Source: a virus. From it: a DNA stretch of 64,000 bases. Shown in pieces: positions 55,840 through 64,000 of this stretch. Under the pieces are notes generated by a model that worked only from the letters and a program-made list of their open reading frames with translations, had not been told where the DNA came from and did not search any database. Position numbers and translations under genes: made by a program. Where the stretch lies: the IMG/VR virus record IMGVR_UViG_3300031885_000003, positions 1 through 64,000 of that record. One strand, written 5' to 3'. Position 1 is the first letter of the stretch. Each line of letters begins with the position of its first letter.

Positions 55840-56102
55840 GCGGGAAAACGACAACAATTAAGCCAGTCGTAAACCTTACGGCGACAGAGGAACTTCGCCT
55901 GATGTGCGGGCTAGATATTCCGCGGTGGGGCGGGTTCAACATCAAGGGTAAGTTGGTTTATGTTGGGCGAACTCGGAGCCAGGTTATTGCACAATTTGAG
56001 AAACACTACTGGGCTGGCTACTGGCGAGACTGCTATCGGCGCGGGTGCCGAATCATACGCATCGGATTGATAGAACACGAGCATAAAGGGGATAGTAAAT
56101 GA
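55836..56102 (+). CDS. Hypothetical protein
   Basis: AAGGAG RBS, ATGA overlap. Confidence 0.5.
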   Translation: MSGKTTTIKPVVNLTATEELRLMCGLDIPRWGGFNIKGKLVYVGRTRSQVIAQFEKHYWAGYWRDCYRRGCRIIRIGLIEHEHKGDSK

Positions 56103-57112
56103 GCGAGAAAACGAAAATTTCGTGGGCAGATGCAACGTGGAACCCGCTATCAATGTTGTGTACGCCATGCAGTCCGGGTTGTGACCATTGCTGGCATCTG
56201 CGCATGGCAAAACGGCAAGCCGCCAATTCCGCATTGCCCGTTGAAGTTCGCATTGCATGTGCGGGCGAAACTGGACCCGTACTCACGAGTCGGGTGAGTC
56301 AGCCGTTGCAGTGGAAGACGCCGAAAACCATAGCGGTGCAACTCATGGGCGACTTGTTTCATGAGTCGGTAGAACCATGGATGCAATACGAGGTCTATAG
56401 GCGGATGGCTCTTGCGCCTCAGCACACGTACATGATGTGTACGAAACGGGCTGAGATTATGGCGGCGCGTGTGCCAGACATTATGTTTCATTTACGGCGC
56501 AATGAAAGCGCGTTTAATCCCGGCATCTTGGCGAAGGGGTATTTGGAAAACATCGCCCACGGCGTCACCGTCTGCAACCAAGCGGAAACCGCTAAACTGG
56601 CCATACTCTGCCGGATGGCTGGCAAACTGTGGGTGAGCTACGAACCCGCGTTGTCCGCAGTGGATTTTACGCCGTGGCCTTATCGGCGGGTGGAATGTCA
56701 TTGCCCTGAGCCAAAGATTCTGTACCATGATCCACAGGAATTGGTGTCTGAATGCCGAAGCAAAGAAACTACAAATCGCCTCTCCCTCGTTGTCGCCGGC
56801 GGCGAGACTGGCCCCGGCGCACGGCCCGCACACCCCCAGTGGTTTCGCAAAGTGCGCGATGACTGCAAAGCCGCGGGGACGCCGCTCCATCTGAAAAGCC
56901 TCGGGGAATGGAGCACACAGAAGCCCCGAGTTTACGCAGGCGAATGGGGAACGCTCGATGAGAATGGCGAGTATTGGAGTCGGACAACGCCGTGGAACGG
57001 ACGCACAGGCGTAGATAGCGAGACCGGAGAAGTTTTGGTCTATCGCATCGGCAAAGCCCTTGCGGGCCGCGTGCTGGATGGGCAGGAGCACGACGGGGGG
57101 ATTGCGTGGTGA
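56099..57112 (+). CDS. Gp37/Gp68 (DUF5131) radical-SAM-like phage protein
   Basis: TKI.WAD.TWNP, C...SPGC.HC, DLFH, VS.EP.L, GGETGP.ARP, G..LDG. Confidence 0.85.
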   Translation: MSEKTKISWADATWNPLSMLCTPCSPGCDHCWHLRMAKRQAANSALPVEVRIACAGETGPVLTSRVSQPLQWKTPKTIAVQLMGDLFHESVEPWMQYEVYRRMALAPQHTYMMCTKRAEIMAARVPDIMFHLRRNESAFNPGILAKGYLENIAHGVTVCNQAETAKLAILCRMAGKLWVSYEPALSAVDFTPWPYRRVECHCPEPKILYHDPQELVSECRSKETTNRLSLVVAGGETGPGARPAHPQWFRKVRDDCKAAGTPLHLKSLGEWSTQKPRVYAGEWGTLDENGEYWSRTTPWNGRTGVDSETGEVLVYRIGKALAGRVLDGQEHDGGIAW

Positions 57113-57169
57113 AAGAAAGAAACGAAAAGTAGCAAAAGAAAAGAAAGAAAAATCAGGAGGTATACGGAA

Positions 57170-57313
57170 ATGGATAAGATAACTGACAAGATTGCGGAAA
57201 TGTGGGAGTATGGCGCATGGATGCAGTTGACCCTACTATATTTGGGGCTAATCGCCTTTTTGTCTGTCGTGACTTATTTGTATATGAGGTTCGGCGGACC
57301 GGAAGGGCTATGA
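57170..57313 (+). CDS. Small single-TM protein
   Basis: AGGAGG RBS; hydrophobic segment. Confidence 0.5.
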   Translation: MDKITDKIAEMWEYGAWMQLTLLYLGLIAFLSVVTYLYMRFGGPEGL

Positions 57314-57354
57314 ATATCAAAATAATCTCTTGACGTTTTGGGGAACACGCGCGT

Positions 57355-57570
57355 ATGACTAAGAAGTCTCAGAACCCAAAAGGGCTAAACGCTAACCGTA
57401 TGTACCGAGCACGATACCGGCAAAAGGCCAGCGGGATTGAGCTTGTTGAGGTAGGCCGAAATGAGTTGCAGCAGTTCCGCAAACATGGGCGGATACCGCT
57501 CGACGTATACCGGGAAATAATGCAAGATGAGGCCGATTGGGCGGAAGAACAAATGGAGGGGGCGAGGTAG
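57355..57570 (+). CDS. Hypothetical protein
   Basis: ORF directly after a promoter-like motif. Confidence 0.45.
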   Translation: MTKKSQNPKGLNANRMYRARYRQKASGIELVEVGRNELQQFRKHGRIPLDVYREIMQDEADWAEEQMEGAR

Positions 57571-57572
57571 GC

Positions 57573-58163
57573 ATGGCGGGTAATGCCCAAAAAAAGAAGC
57601 CCTATAATATCAAGGCTTTAGCCGACATTTCTCCTGATCCGAAAAATGCGAATCGTGGTACCGAACGTGGCCTCGGGATGCTTGATCAATCACTCCGCAC
57701 ATACGGCGCAGGCCGCTCAATCCTATGCGACCGCAAGGGCGTGGTGATCGCCGGCAACAAGACACTCGAACGTGCTGCCGACATCGGCATGGACGTGGAG
57801 GTAATCCAGAGCGACGGCACCCGGCTCGTGGTGGTACAGCGGACCGACTTGGACTTGGCGGAAGGCGGGGCCGCGCGTGAACTGGCCTATGCCGACAACC
57901 GGGCGGGGCAGGTCGGGCTTGACTGGGACCCGGCAGTATTGGCGGCGGACCTCGCGGCGGGGGTTGACCTGGACAAGTTCTGGCTACCGGGGGAGATGGA
58001 ATTGATCGGGCCAGAAAAAGAGTCGGAACCGCTAGATGCCTCACCACAACTTGGCGCACTGGAATACCGGATCGTCGTGACGTGCCGGGACGAAGAACAC
58101 CACGCCGAAGTCTTGTCGATGCTTCAAAAAGAAGGGCTTGAATGCAAAGTTTTGATATCGTAG
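57573..58163 (+). CDS. ParB/Srx-like N-terminal domain protein
   Basis: PDPKNAN, SL..YG.GRSI..D....VIAGN, LA.ADNR, WD. Confidence 0.75.
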   Translation: MAGNAQKKKPYNIKALADISPDPKNANRGTERGLGMLDQSLRTYGAGRSILCDRKGVVIAGNKTLERAADIGMDVEVIQSDGTRLVVVQRTDLDLAEGGAARELAYADNRAGQVGLDWDPAVLAADLAAGVDLDKFWLPGEMELIGPEKESEPLDASPQLGALEYRIVVTCRDEEHHAEVLSMLQKEGLECKVLIS

Positions 58164-59269
58164 TTGAAAGCGATGTATCCGCCTCTGCGCGGTGTAGGCA
58201 ACTGGAAGGCATGTTCGATGTGCCGCCGTCGAAACGATCGCGCCTACAGTTCACTGGCGAACTCGATCTCGACTCGCAACCCTGGAGCGTGGGCCTGATT
58301 GTCGGCCCGTCCGGGGCGGGCAAGTCCACAATCGCTAAGTACCTCTTTCCCGCTGAATATGGGCGTACTTACGAATGGGGCAAACAGAGCGTTATAGACG
58401 ACTTCTCAGAGACGCTTTCGGTTGCGGACATATCGAGCGTATGTCAGGCGGTCGGGTTCAACACTATACCGGCGTGGCTACGCCCATTCGCCGTGCTTTC
58501 CACTGGCGAGCGATTCCGAGTGGAACTTGCCCGCAACCTTATCGAAGGCGGCGATCTCATTGTAATGGACGAATTCACGTCCGTTGTGGATCGGCAAGTC
58601 GCGCAGATCGGCGCGAACGCAGTCCAGAAATACGTGAGACGAAACGGAAAACGATTTGTGGCCGTCTCGTGTCATAGCGACATAATCGACTGGCTTCAAC
58701 CTGATTGGATCTACGAACCGGCGTTGTCCAGGTTCGTAAGGGGGTTAGTTCGGCGACGCCCAAGCATGGAGGTCGAAATCACAAGAGTCAATTATGAAGC
58801 GTGGAAACTATTCGCTCCATTTCACTATCTGACGGCAGAACTAAACCGGGTGGCGAAATGTTTCGGGCTTTGGATTGGTGGGCGCTTAACGTCCTTTGCC
58901 GGATTGCTCTGCCGCCCAACCAAGAAAGCGGATCTATGGGGTGTGAGTAGGCTTGTAACGCTACCAGACTGGCAGGGGCTGGGATTGGCAATGATACTGG
59001 CGTGCAAGATGGGCGGGGCGCACAAAGCCATTGGCAAGCGGCTCCATACCTATCCCGCGCATCCGAGCCTTATGAGGTCGTTTGATAAATCGCCGGAATG
59101 GGCGCTCATAAAGAAGCCAGGAGAATTCAAGGGCAAGGAAAACCAAAAGGGGTTTAAAGCCATGAAGGGAAACCGCATAGATCCGAATAACGAGGGCCGT
59201 CCCTATGCCGTGTTTGAATATTGCGGTCTAGCAATGGACCGCGCAGAAGCGGAGGCCCTACTTGCGTAA
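58142..59269 (+). CDS. ABC-type ATPase fused to GNAT acetyltransferase
   Basis: GPSGAGKS, LSTGERFR, VMDEF, SCH; then SRLVTLPDWQGLG acetyl-CoA-binding motif. Confidence 0.85.
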   Translation: MQSFDIVVESDVSASARCRQLEGMFDVPPSKRSRLQFTGELDLDSQPWSVGLIVGPSGAGKSTIAKYLFPAEYGRTYEWGKQSVIDDFSETLSVADISSVCQAVGFNTIPAWLRPFAVLSTGERFRVELARNLIEGGDLIVMDEFTSVVDRQVAQIGANAVQKYVRRNGKRFVAVSCHSDIIDWLQPDWIYEPALSRFVRGLVRRRPSMEVEITRVNYEAWKLFAPFHYLTAELNRVAKCFGLWIGGRLTSFAGLLCRPTKKADLWGVSRLVTLPDWQGLGLAMILACKMGGAHKAIGKRLHTYPAHPSLMRSFDKSPEWALIKKPGEFKGKENQKGFKAMKGNRIDPNNEGRPYAVFEYCGLAMDRAEAEALLA

Positions 59270-59629
59270 CGTCACAATGCGCGGCTCCTGGCCTTTGGGC
59301 TGGACTTCGACACGGAAGAACCCGAGATGCCCTTTCGCCGGAATCGGATTGATCCGCCGGACGTTGGCGATAACCCAAGCGTACATGTTCGGGATGTGCG
59401 CGATACAAGCGGCGTCTTCGTCTGCGCGTACAAACGGGCGGCACTCGATAATGTCAAACACGGCAATCGCAAAACCCGCGGGGTATATTGCGGGCGACGC
59501 CGAGGAACACAAGAGCACCTGCGCTCGGGGAGGCGTGCTCCACTGGCGGATCTCCAACGTTTTCCGCCCCTGGGCGATCATGTTCGCCCAAGGCTGTTTG
59601 ACGCTAAGCGCAATCATTTCACGCGGCAT
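59258..59629 (-). CDS. ASCH domain protein
   Basis: ALSVKQPWA..I..G.K..EIR.W, YAW, P.KG.LG. Confidence 0.85.
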   Translation of the reverse strand: MPREMIALSVKQPWANMIAQGRKTLEIRQWSTPPRAQVLLCSSASPAIYPAGFAIAVFDIIECRPFVRADEDAACIAHIPNMYAWVIANVRRINPIPAKGHLGFFRVEVQPKGQEPRIVTLRK

Positions 59630-60086
59630 GGAGCGGCCCGAAAAGGCGGTGCAACTCTGCGCACGCTGCGTTGTAGTCGTTTTGATCCCACGCATTACGT
59701 CCACCTTTGCGCATCCTGCGATTGCCTACGTCCGCTGCGGCTGCGCGGCCTATTGCGTCTTGCATCTGAGGCGAGCGGGCCTTGCAGTGAGGCCGCGCCT
59801 GTGCTTTCATTCTCGCCCGTTCCATCTTCGCTTGTTCGATCCTACACGCTTTTTGTTTCCCCATCAACTCTATCATCGCATCGGCGATTGGCTTGCGGGC
59901 CTCGATTACGGCAAGAAGTTCCGTTACTCTCGCGTGGCGGCTTCCATTCTCGGGGTCTTGCACGTCCGGCGAGAGCATAAGGAGTTCAAGGCGATCCCGC
60001 CACAAATCGTAGTCCACAATGTCCGGCCCGTTGATCGGCAAGTTGCGGAAACGGCTACACGGGGACGCTCGAAATGCTTTCCTCAT
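59619..60086 (-). CDS. Hypothetical protein
   Basis: Coupled to both neighbours in a three-gene minus-strand unit. Confidence 0.5.
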   Translation of the reverse strand: MRKAFRASPCSRFRNLPINGPDIVDYDLWRDRLELLMLSPDVQDPENGSRHARVTELLAVIEARKPIADAMIELMGKQKACRIEQAKMERARMKAQARPHCKARSPQMQDAIGRAAAADVGNRRMRKGGRNAWDQNDYNAACAELHRLFGPLHAA

Positions 60087-60313
60087 TTTGCACCTGCAAT
60101 CACGTCCGCAAGGGCAGTCTCGGCTTCTTCACGAGTTTCAAATGTCTTTGAACGGATCCCCTTCGTAAAGCCCGAAACATATTCTTTCGTCAAGGACATT
60201 GGCACAAGCCCGCGAAAACCCCATCGCCCTGTCGGGTATTCTACGAGTGTGCATTTCGTGGGGGTCTTTTCGTGCATCTTATTGAACATCATTAAATCGT
60301 TCCAATCGCTCAT
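60083..60313 (-). CDS. Hypothetical protein
   Basis: GGAGGG RBS; F.TREEA motif. Confidence 0.55.
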   Translation of the reverse strand: MSDWNDLMMFNKMHEKTPTKCTLVEYPTGRWGFRGLVPMSLTKEYVSGFTKGIRSKTFETREEAETALADVIAGAK

Positions 60314-60459
60314 CTCGCCCTCCCTCTCTCTTTATCGTTTCACTTCAACTCTCATTCCCTACCCCTTAATTGTATCTGACAATCCCGCAAACCGCAACCA
60401 AAATATGTGCATAAATGCCAGTGGCTCCAGCACTTACAGCGGTTTTATTGGTTTAAATT

Positions 60460-60948
60460 ATGCCTAAGAACGGCAAACCCCGCCCCCGCCAGTTATACGA
60501 CCCCGCACGCACGCCGGGCATCATCCGGGCACTCGCCCAGGCTGGCCACACGAACGCTGAAATGGCGGCGCTGCTCGACGTGTCCAGCAAATGCCTGTGG
60601 CAGTGGCGCGACAAATATCCAGAGGTTCGAGCCGCGCTCGATGACGGCAAGACGGTTGCCGATCAGATGGTCATAGACGCGCTCTACAAACGGGCGCTCG
60701 GGTATGAGTACGAGGAAACCGAAGTCAAAGGCGTAGTAGACGAACACGGGCAGCCTATCGGTATGAAGGAAGTTAAGAAGGTCAAGAAACAGATGGCCCC
60801 GGATGTGGGCGCGTGTTGTTTCTGGCTCAAAAACCGTAGACCCGATGAATGGCGCGATGTGTATAAGGGCGAGGTATCCGCCAATATTATCCTGTCCGTA
60901 ATTCCGCCCCCCAAACCCAATGCCGCCTCAGAGCCGACTACAAATTGA
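60460..60948 (+). CDS. terS: Terminase small subunit 2 (HTH)
   Basis: G.T.AE.A..L.VS..L..W...YPE, ALYKRALGY, FWLKNR.P..WRD; overlaps terL. Confidence 0.75.
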   Translation: MPKNGKPRPRQLYDPARTPGIIRALAQAGHTNAEMAALLDVSSKCLWQWRDKYPEVRAALDDGKTVADQMVIDALYKRALGYEYEETEVKGVVDEHGQPIGMKEVKKVKKQMAPDVGACCFWLKNRRPDEWRDVYKGEVSANIILSVIPPPKPNAASEPTTN

Positions 60949-62179
60949 CCTGAGCCGCCTGGCTGAGGCATGTGTCCCTAGATTCTACCCGTTATATTTC
61001 AATCGATCCCGATTCTTGGTTATGGTAGGCGGGGCCGGATCGGGCAAGTCTCATTTTGCGGCAGAAAAGGTACTTGGACGGCTCGTATCAGAGCAGGGCC
61101 CACATCGTTTCGTGGTTGGACGCAAAGTACAACGAACGCTGCGGGCTTCATGTTTCCGCCTCTTGAATGACTACATAAACCGCTGGGGTTGGACAAAACA
61201 TTTCAACGTCAACAAGTCTGACCTCGATATTACATTCATGCCCACAGGCGCACAGATCATGTTTGTCGGTATGGATGACCCAGAGAAACTAAAATCCATC
61301 GAACAACCCACGGGCTTCTGGCTGGAAGAGGCTACTGAATTCAGCGAGGAAGATATAGGTCAAGTCAACCTGCGGTTACGCACTGATATCGTGCCATACA
61401 TGCAGATCATGTTGACGTTCAACCCAATATCAATCAATCACCACCTAAAGACTCGTTTCTTTGATTGTGAACCAACCGAACGCATAACTACGATGCGATC
61501 AACGTTCTTGGACAACCCGTTTTTGGTTGCATCCTACCGCGCTGAACTAGAAGACCTCCGGCTGCGCAACCCGTCGTGGTGGACCATTTACGGCCGTGGC
61601 GAATGGGGCGTCATGGAAGGGTTGATTTACGACCCGCCCATCATAGGGCTATGGCCGGAATCATTCGATGAAACGTTCTACGGGCTCGATTTTGGCTACA
61701 ATAACCCGACGGCGTTAATCCAGGTTGACATAAAAGACAAGGTTCCGTACCTAACAGAACTAGTGTACGAAACGGAACTCACCAACGCTGGGTTGATAAA
61801 ACAACTGACTGGTAGTGAAGCGGAAGGGCTTATTAAGCCGCTTATCACAAACCGGAACTTACCCATTTATGCCGATGCCGCCGAACCAGGACGCATCGTC
61901 GAAATACGTAATGCCGGGTTCAACTGTAAACCCGCCGACAAGGGGCCAGGTTCGGTCCATGCCGGGATATCATTCTGCAAAGGAGTAAAGCTTTATACCA
62001 AATCTAGTAACGCCAATCTAAACGCGGAGTTTTCCTCTTATGTCTGGCTAAAGGATAAAAACGGCAAGACGCTGGATGAACCAATAGCGGTCAAAAATCA
62101 TGCCATGGATGCTATGCGTTACGGCCTATGGACACACTTGGGCAAACGCCGTCCGTTACAGCCAATCCGCGTCCGATAA
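60920..62179 (+). CDS. terL: Terminase large subunit 2, PBSX family
   Basis: GGAGSGKS, WLEEATE, LTFNP, GLDFGY, NH.MDA.RY. Confidence 0.95.
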   Translation: MPPQSRLQIDLSRLAEACVPRFYPLYFNRSRFLVMVGGAGSGKSHFAAEKVLGRLVSEQGPHRFVVGRKVQRTLRASCFRLLNDYINRWGWTKHFNVNKSDLDITFMPTGAQIMFVGMDDPEKLKSIEQPTGFWLEEATEFSEEDIGQVNLRLRTDIVPYMQIMLTFNPISINHHLKTRFFDCEPTERITTMRSTFLDNPFLVASYRAELEDLRLRNPSWWTIYGRGEWGVMEGLIYDPPIIGLWPESFDETFYGLDFGYNNPTALIQVDIKDKVPYLTELVYETELTNAGLIKQLTGSEAEGLIKPLITNRNLPIYADAAEPGRIVEIRNAGFNCKPADKGPGSVHAGISFCKGVKLYTKSSNANLNAEFSSYVWLKDKNGKTLDEPIAVKNHAMDAMRYGLWTHLGKRRPLQPIRVR

Positions 62180-62222
62180 AATCCCTTGACAAAAAGGGGA
62201 ACACGGCCCGCCTAATCTCTCT

Positions 62223-63725
62223 ATGAGTGCTGAGACCGATCTGAAGCGAGCCATTCTGGACCTTTCTACAAAAGCCGTCGCGTACCGCCGCCTATGGAAT
62301 TATTACGAGGGCAAACACCCGCTCGTGTTTAGTAGCGAGAAGCTCGCTGAGGTATTTGATCGCGCCGTCCCGTTTGTCCAGAACTGGTGTGAAGTTATCA
62401 TAAATGCCGCGCTAGACCGGCTCATAATTGATGGGTGGAGCATCCAGGATGGCCTGGCAAAAGACGCGCTCGACGAGCTATGGCGTAAGACGCAGTTGCG
62501 CCGCCGGGCGGGCGATGTTCATAAGGCCGCACTAGTAACGGGCGAAGCGTTTGTTGTTGTTCAAAAAGATGCAGACAAAGCTGTCCGCGCATTCTACAAT
62601 GACCCATGTAACATGGCCATGTACTATGACGATGAAAAGCCGCAGGTTAAAAAATTTGCAGTAAAGGCATGGCTAGATACCCAAGTCAAAAAGTGGCGGT
62701 TGAACCTGTATTATCTCAATCGCATCGAGCACTATATCAACAATGGCGCTGACTTCGGATCGACCTTTACCCCGTATTCGGCTGAGAACGTGAAACCCGT
62801 TGAGCCGCATGACTTTGGGTTTATCCCTATCATCCATTTCCGCCGCGATCTACGCACTACCATTGGCGAACTAACGCCCAGCGTGCTCAGCATCCAAGAT
62901 GCGATTAATAAGTTGTTCTCCGACATGATGGTCACAAGCGAGTATAGTGCATTTCAACAGCGGTGGGTGATCGGACGGTTTGAAGGCACAGGCAAAATCC
63001 CCGTTGCGCCATTTACGACTGTGGAAATCCCGCCGGGCGCGCCCGGTGAACAGCCAGTATCTGTTGGCCAGTTTGAGGCCAGCGATCCACAATGTTACTT
63101 GCTACCCTTGGAGCAGCTTGTCCATTCAATCGCCATTATCAGCCGGACGCCAAAATCGTACTTCCTCAAGACCGGCGGAGACCCGAGTGGTGAAGCCCTA
63201 CAGGCCATGGAAGCCCCGCTCGTTTCTAAGGTTGAATCTATGCAAGACAATTTTGGCGATTCCTGGGGCGAAGTCGGAGATATGATGCTCGCGTTTGCTG
63301 GGGTGAATATTAGCGAAGATGAGGATCTCTGGCCGCTCTGGAAACCGGCTGCAACGCCTATTCCAAAAGCACAGGCAGAAATCCGGGAGATCAATACACG
63401 CGCGGGCCTGCCTATCGAATGGCAGATGAAGCGCGAAGGGTTGACGGAGGAAGAACTCCAGGAGTTGCACGAGGCGAAGGCCGATGAAGCTACGCGCGGC
63501 AATATCCCACGGCTGGCAGGATTGCCAGGCAATGTACCCGAGGGCATACGCGCCGCGGCTATAGGCGAAGCCAAGGGGGCACTTGCGGGCGGCCTTCAGC
63601 CAGAAGTTGTCAAAGCTATAACGGGCGCAAGTCAAACCGCTGTTGACCGTATGGTGCGGGATGGCACGCTGGAGAAGTTCATGGCGAAATGGGCAGGCAA
63701 ACCGATTGTAGCAGGGGTAACATGA
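62223..63725 (+). CDS. Portal protein, SPP1 gp6-like
   Basis: YYEG.H, NWC..I, G.A(F/Y), QD.INK, SGEAL; follows terL. Confidence 0.85.
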   Translation: MSAETDLKRAILDLSTKAVAYRRLWNYYEGKHPLVFSSEKLAEVFDRAVPFVQNWCEVIINAALDRLIIDGWSIQDGLAKDALDELWRKTQLRRRAGDVHKAALVTGEAFVVVQKDADKAVRAFYNDPCNMAMYYDDEKPQVKKFAVKAWLDTQVKKWRLNLYYLNRIEHYINNGADFGSTFTPYSAENVKPVEPHDFGFIPIIHFRRDLRTTIGELTPSVLSIQDAINKLFSDMMVTSEYSAFQQRWVIGRFEGTGKIPVAPFTTVEIPPGAPGEQPVSVGQFEASDPQCYLLPLEQLVHSIAIISRTPKSYFLKTGGDPSGEALQAMEAPLVSKVESMQDNFGDSWGEVGDMMLAFAGVNISEDEDLWPLWKPAATPIPKAQAEIREINTRAGLPIEWQMKREGLTEEELQELHEAKADEATRGNIPRLAGLPGNVPEGIRAAAIGEAKGALAGGLQPEVVKAITGASQTAVDRMVRDGTLEKFMAKWAGKPIVAGVT

Positions 63726-63922
63726 TAGAACGTCGCGAAAGTGAACGCCAAAAACTAATCGCTATTGCTACCACTACGCGGGTCAACCTCTGCGATAGAA
63801 AAGATTGCGCAAACAACTTCGACATGAAATGTAATGCCAGACTGGTGGAAATCGATAGGGAAGGATGTCGCATGTATGCCGGAGAAGAACACACCCGTAT
63901 ACACAAAAAGTTTGTTGAGTAG
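63722..63922 (+). CDS. Small Cys-rich protein
   Basis: C....C..N....C.....I...G.C. Confidence 0.45.
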   Translation: MIERRESERQKLIAIATTTRVNLCDRKDCANNFDMKCNARLVEIDREGCRMYAGEEHTRIHKKFVE

Positions 63923-64000
63923 GATACGGGCATAAGGAGACGGGCGATGTCAACACCTGAATTTCATCGGCACGATACGTGCATACACTACTTGGCGGAA

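Larger units (their letters stand above)
39533..64000. mobile_element. Right temperate phage/prophage unit (lambdoid-like layout, PBSX-type TerL, SPP1-type portal), runs off window
   Basis: att core, repressor/Cro, Xis, replication, nin-like small genes, TerS, TerL, portal in canonical order. Confidence 0.75.

Noticed and set aside
58142-59269. ABC transporter
   Set aside because: No membrane subunit; the ATPase is fused to a GNAT domain.

Overview
The window is phage DNA throughout, with no host housekeeping genes. It appears to contain two different tailed-phage genomes joined at an attachment site. Left unit (1 to ~39.5 kb): small plus-strand early genes (Cas4/PD-(D/E)XK-like nuclease, HNH, putative recombination protein); a minus-strand podovirus-type virion operon (TerS, lysis membrane proteins, TerL, portal, scaffold, major capsid, split adaptor, fibre, two nozzle paralogues, four ejection-type proteins); a non-coding putative packaging region; a repeat-punctuated array of tiny genes; and a tyrosine integrase. 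At 39533-39578 is the 3' half of a tRNA-Ala(GGC) with repeats on both sides, i.e. an attP-like junction. Right unit (39.7-64 kb): lipoprotein, repressor/Cro switch, Xis, a ~600 nt highly structured non-coding tract, Toprim protein, initiator-DnaB-SpoU-SSB-RusA, a long array of small genes bounded by repeated RBS/stop-start junctions, a ParB-like plus ABC-ATPase-GNAT cassette, and a second TerS/TerL(PBSX-type)/SPP1-type portal. The two units share near-identical early genes. The strongest candidates for new biology are RBS-anchored gene-cassette shuffling, a split head-tail adaptor with an inserted fibre cassette, signal-peptide-bearing fibre proteins, the structured RNA tract, and the GNRA-hairpin mini-gene array. 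All family assignments come from motif recognition by eye, not database searches.
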